This document shows positions 63,796 through 64,000 of a stretch of DNA of 64,000 nt, piece by piece. The notes below the pieces were generated by a model. It did no database searches. It worked only from the letters and a program-made list of their open reading frames with translations, and was not told the DNA's origin. The stretch is from sequence record MZ475897.1; one strand, given 5' to 3'. Within the stretch, counting starts at the first letter, position 1; every line of letters starts with the position of its first letter. The position numbers and the translations under genes are program-made.

Positions 63796-64000
63796 TTAAG
63801 CTGAATCGCCGGCAGCAACAGGAAGCATCAGACGCATACCACGGTTGTCTTTACCGTTAGCGTTCATACCCTGATACACGGTCTTATCAGCAGCTTTCAG
63901 CGGGTTCAGTTGCACCTGAGAGCCAGAAGACAGCACGTCGGCAGAGGTGTAGCCCAGCATGTCCAGTGTAGCGAAGTACACGTAACGCTGAGTGTTAATC
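63796..64000 (-). CDS. 3' end of a paralogous virion protein (truncated by the window edge)
   Basis: INTQRYVYFATLDMLGYTSADVLS...GMRLML aligns with the C-terminus of 62605..63777. Confidence 0.75.
   Translation of the reverse strand, partial: INTQRYVYFATLDMLGYTSADVLSSGSQVQLNPLKAADKTVYQGMNANGKDNRGMRLMLPVAAGDSA

Noticed and set aside
1-64000. CRISPR array, tRNA or rRNA genes, IS elements, homing endonucleases
   Set aside because: No regularly spaced direct repeats with unique spacers, no cloverleafs, and no transposase or endonuclease motifs seen by eye

Overview
A 64-kb slice of a jumbo myophage genome (about 50% GC). Every credible gene is on the minus strand, and the window is almost entirely virion morphogenesis. 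In transcription order (right to left) it holds: putative fibre or whisker proteins; an acidic protein; an NAD+-dependent DNA ligase; a GT2-TPR glycosyltransferase; the prohead protease; an HExxH metallopeptidase; an acidic scaffold, decoration protein and major capsid protein; tail sheath and two tube paralogues; hub chaperones; a tape-measure-like protein with a VgrG3-type lysin domain; gp53-, gp27- and gp5-like baseplate parts; an island with Nudix, MmcB-like and tmk genes; a ~1 kb ORF-free structured region; PAAR, gp25, gp6 and gp7-like wedge genes; and a long fibre cluster with four collagen-like paralogues (one ending in an intact Hint domain) and an ILEI lectin protein. Gene content and order recall the 'hairy' RSL1/PaBG/Lu11/Erwinia Y3/Dickeya JA11-type jumbo phages; this is recalled similarity, not a search result. 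The main leads are: (1) a candidate ~1 kb ornate ncRNA at ~25.0-26.0 kb; (2) a shared S-x-S-A propeptide-like motif and a shared SH3-like module that may mark head-packaged cargo, including the ligase, Nudix and peptidase; (3) a possible phage-encoded system for glycosylating collagen fibres; (4) the Hint-tipped collagen fibre; (5) a GCTAATTT late-promoter-like motif. I saw no tRNA, rRNA, CRISPR array or mobile element. All domain calls are by-eye motif recognition.
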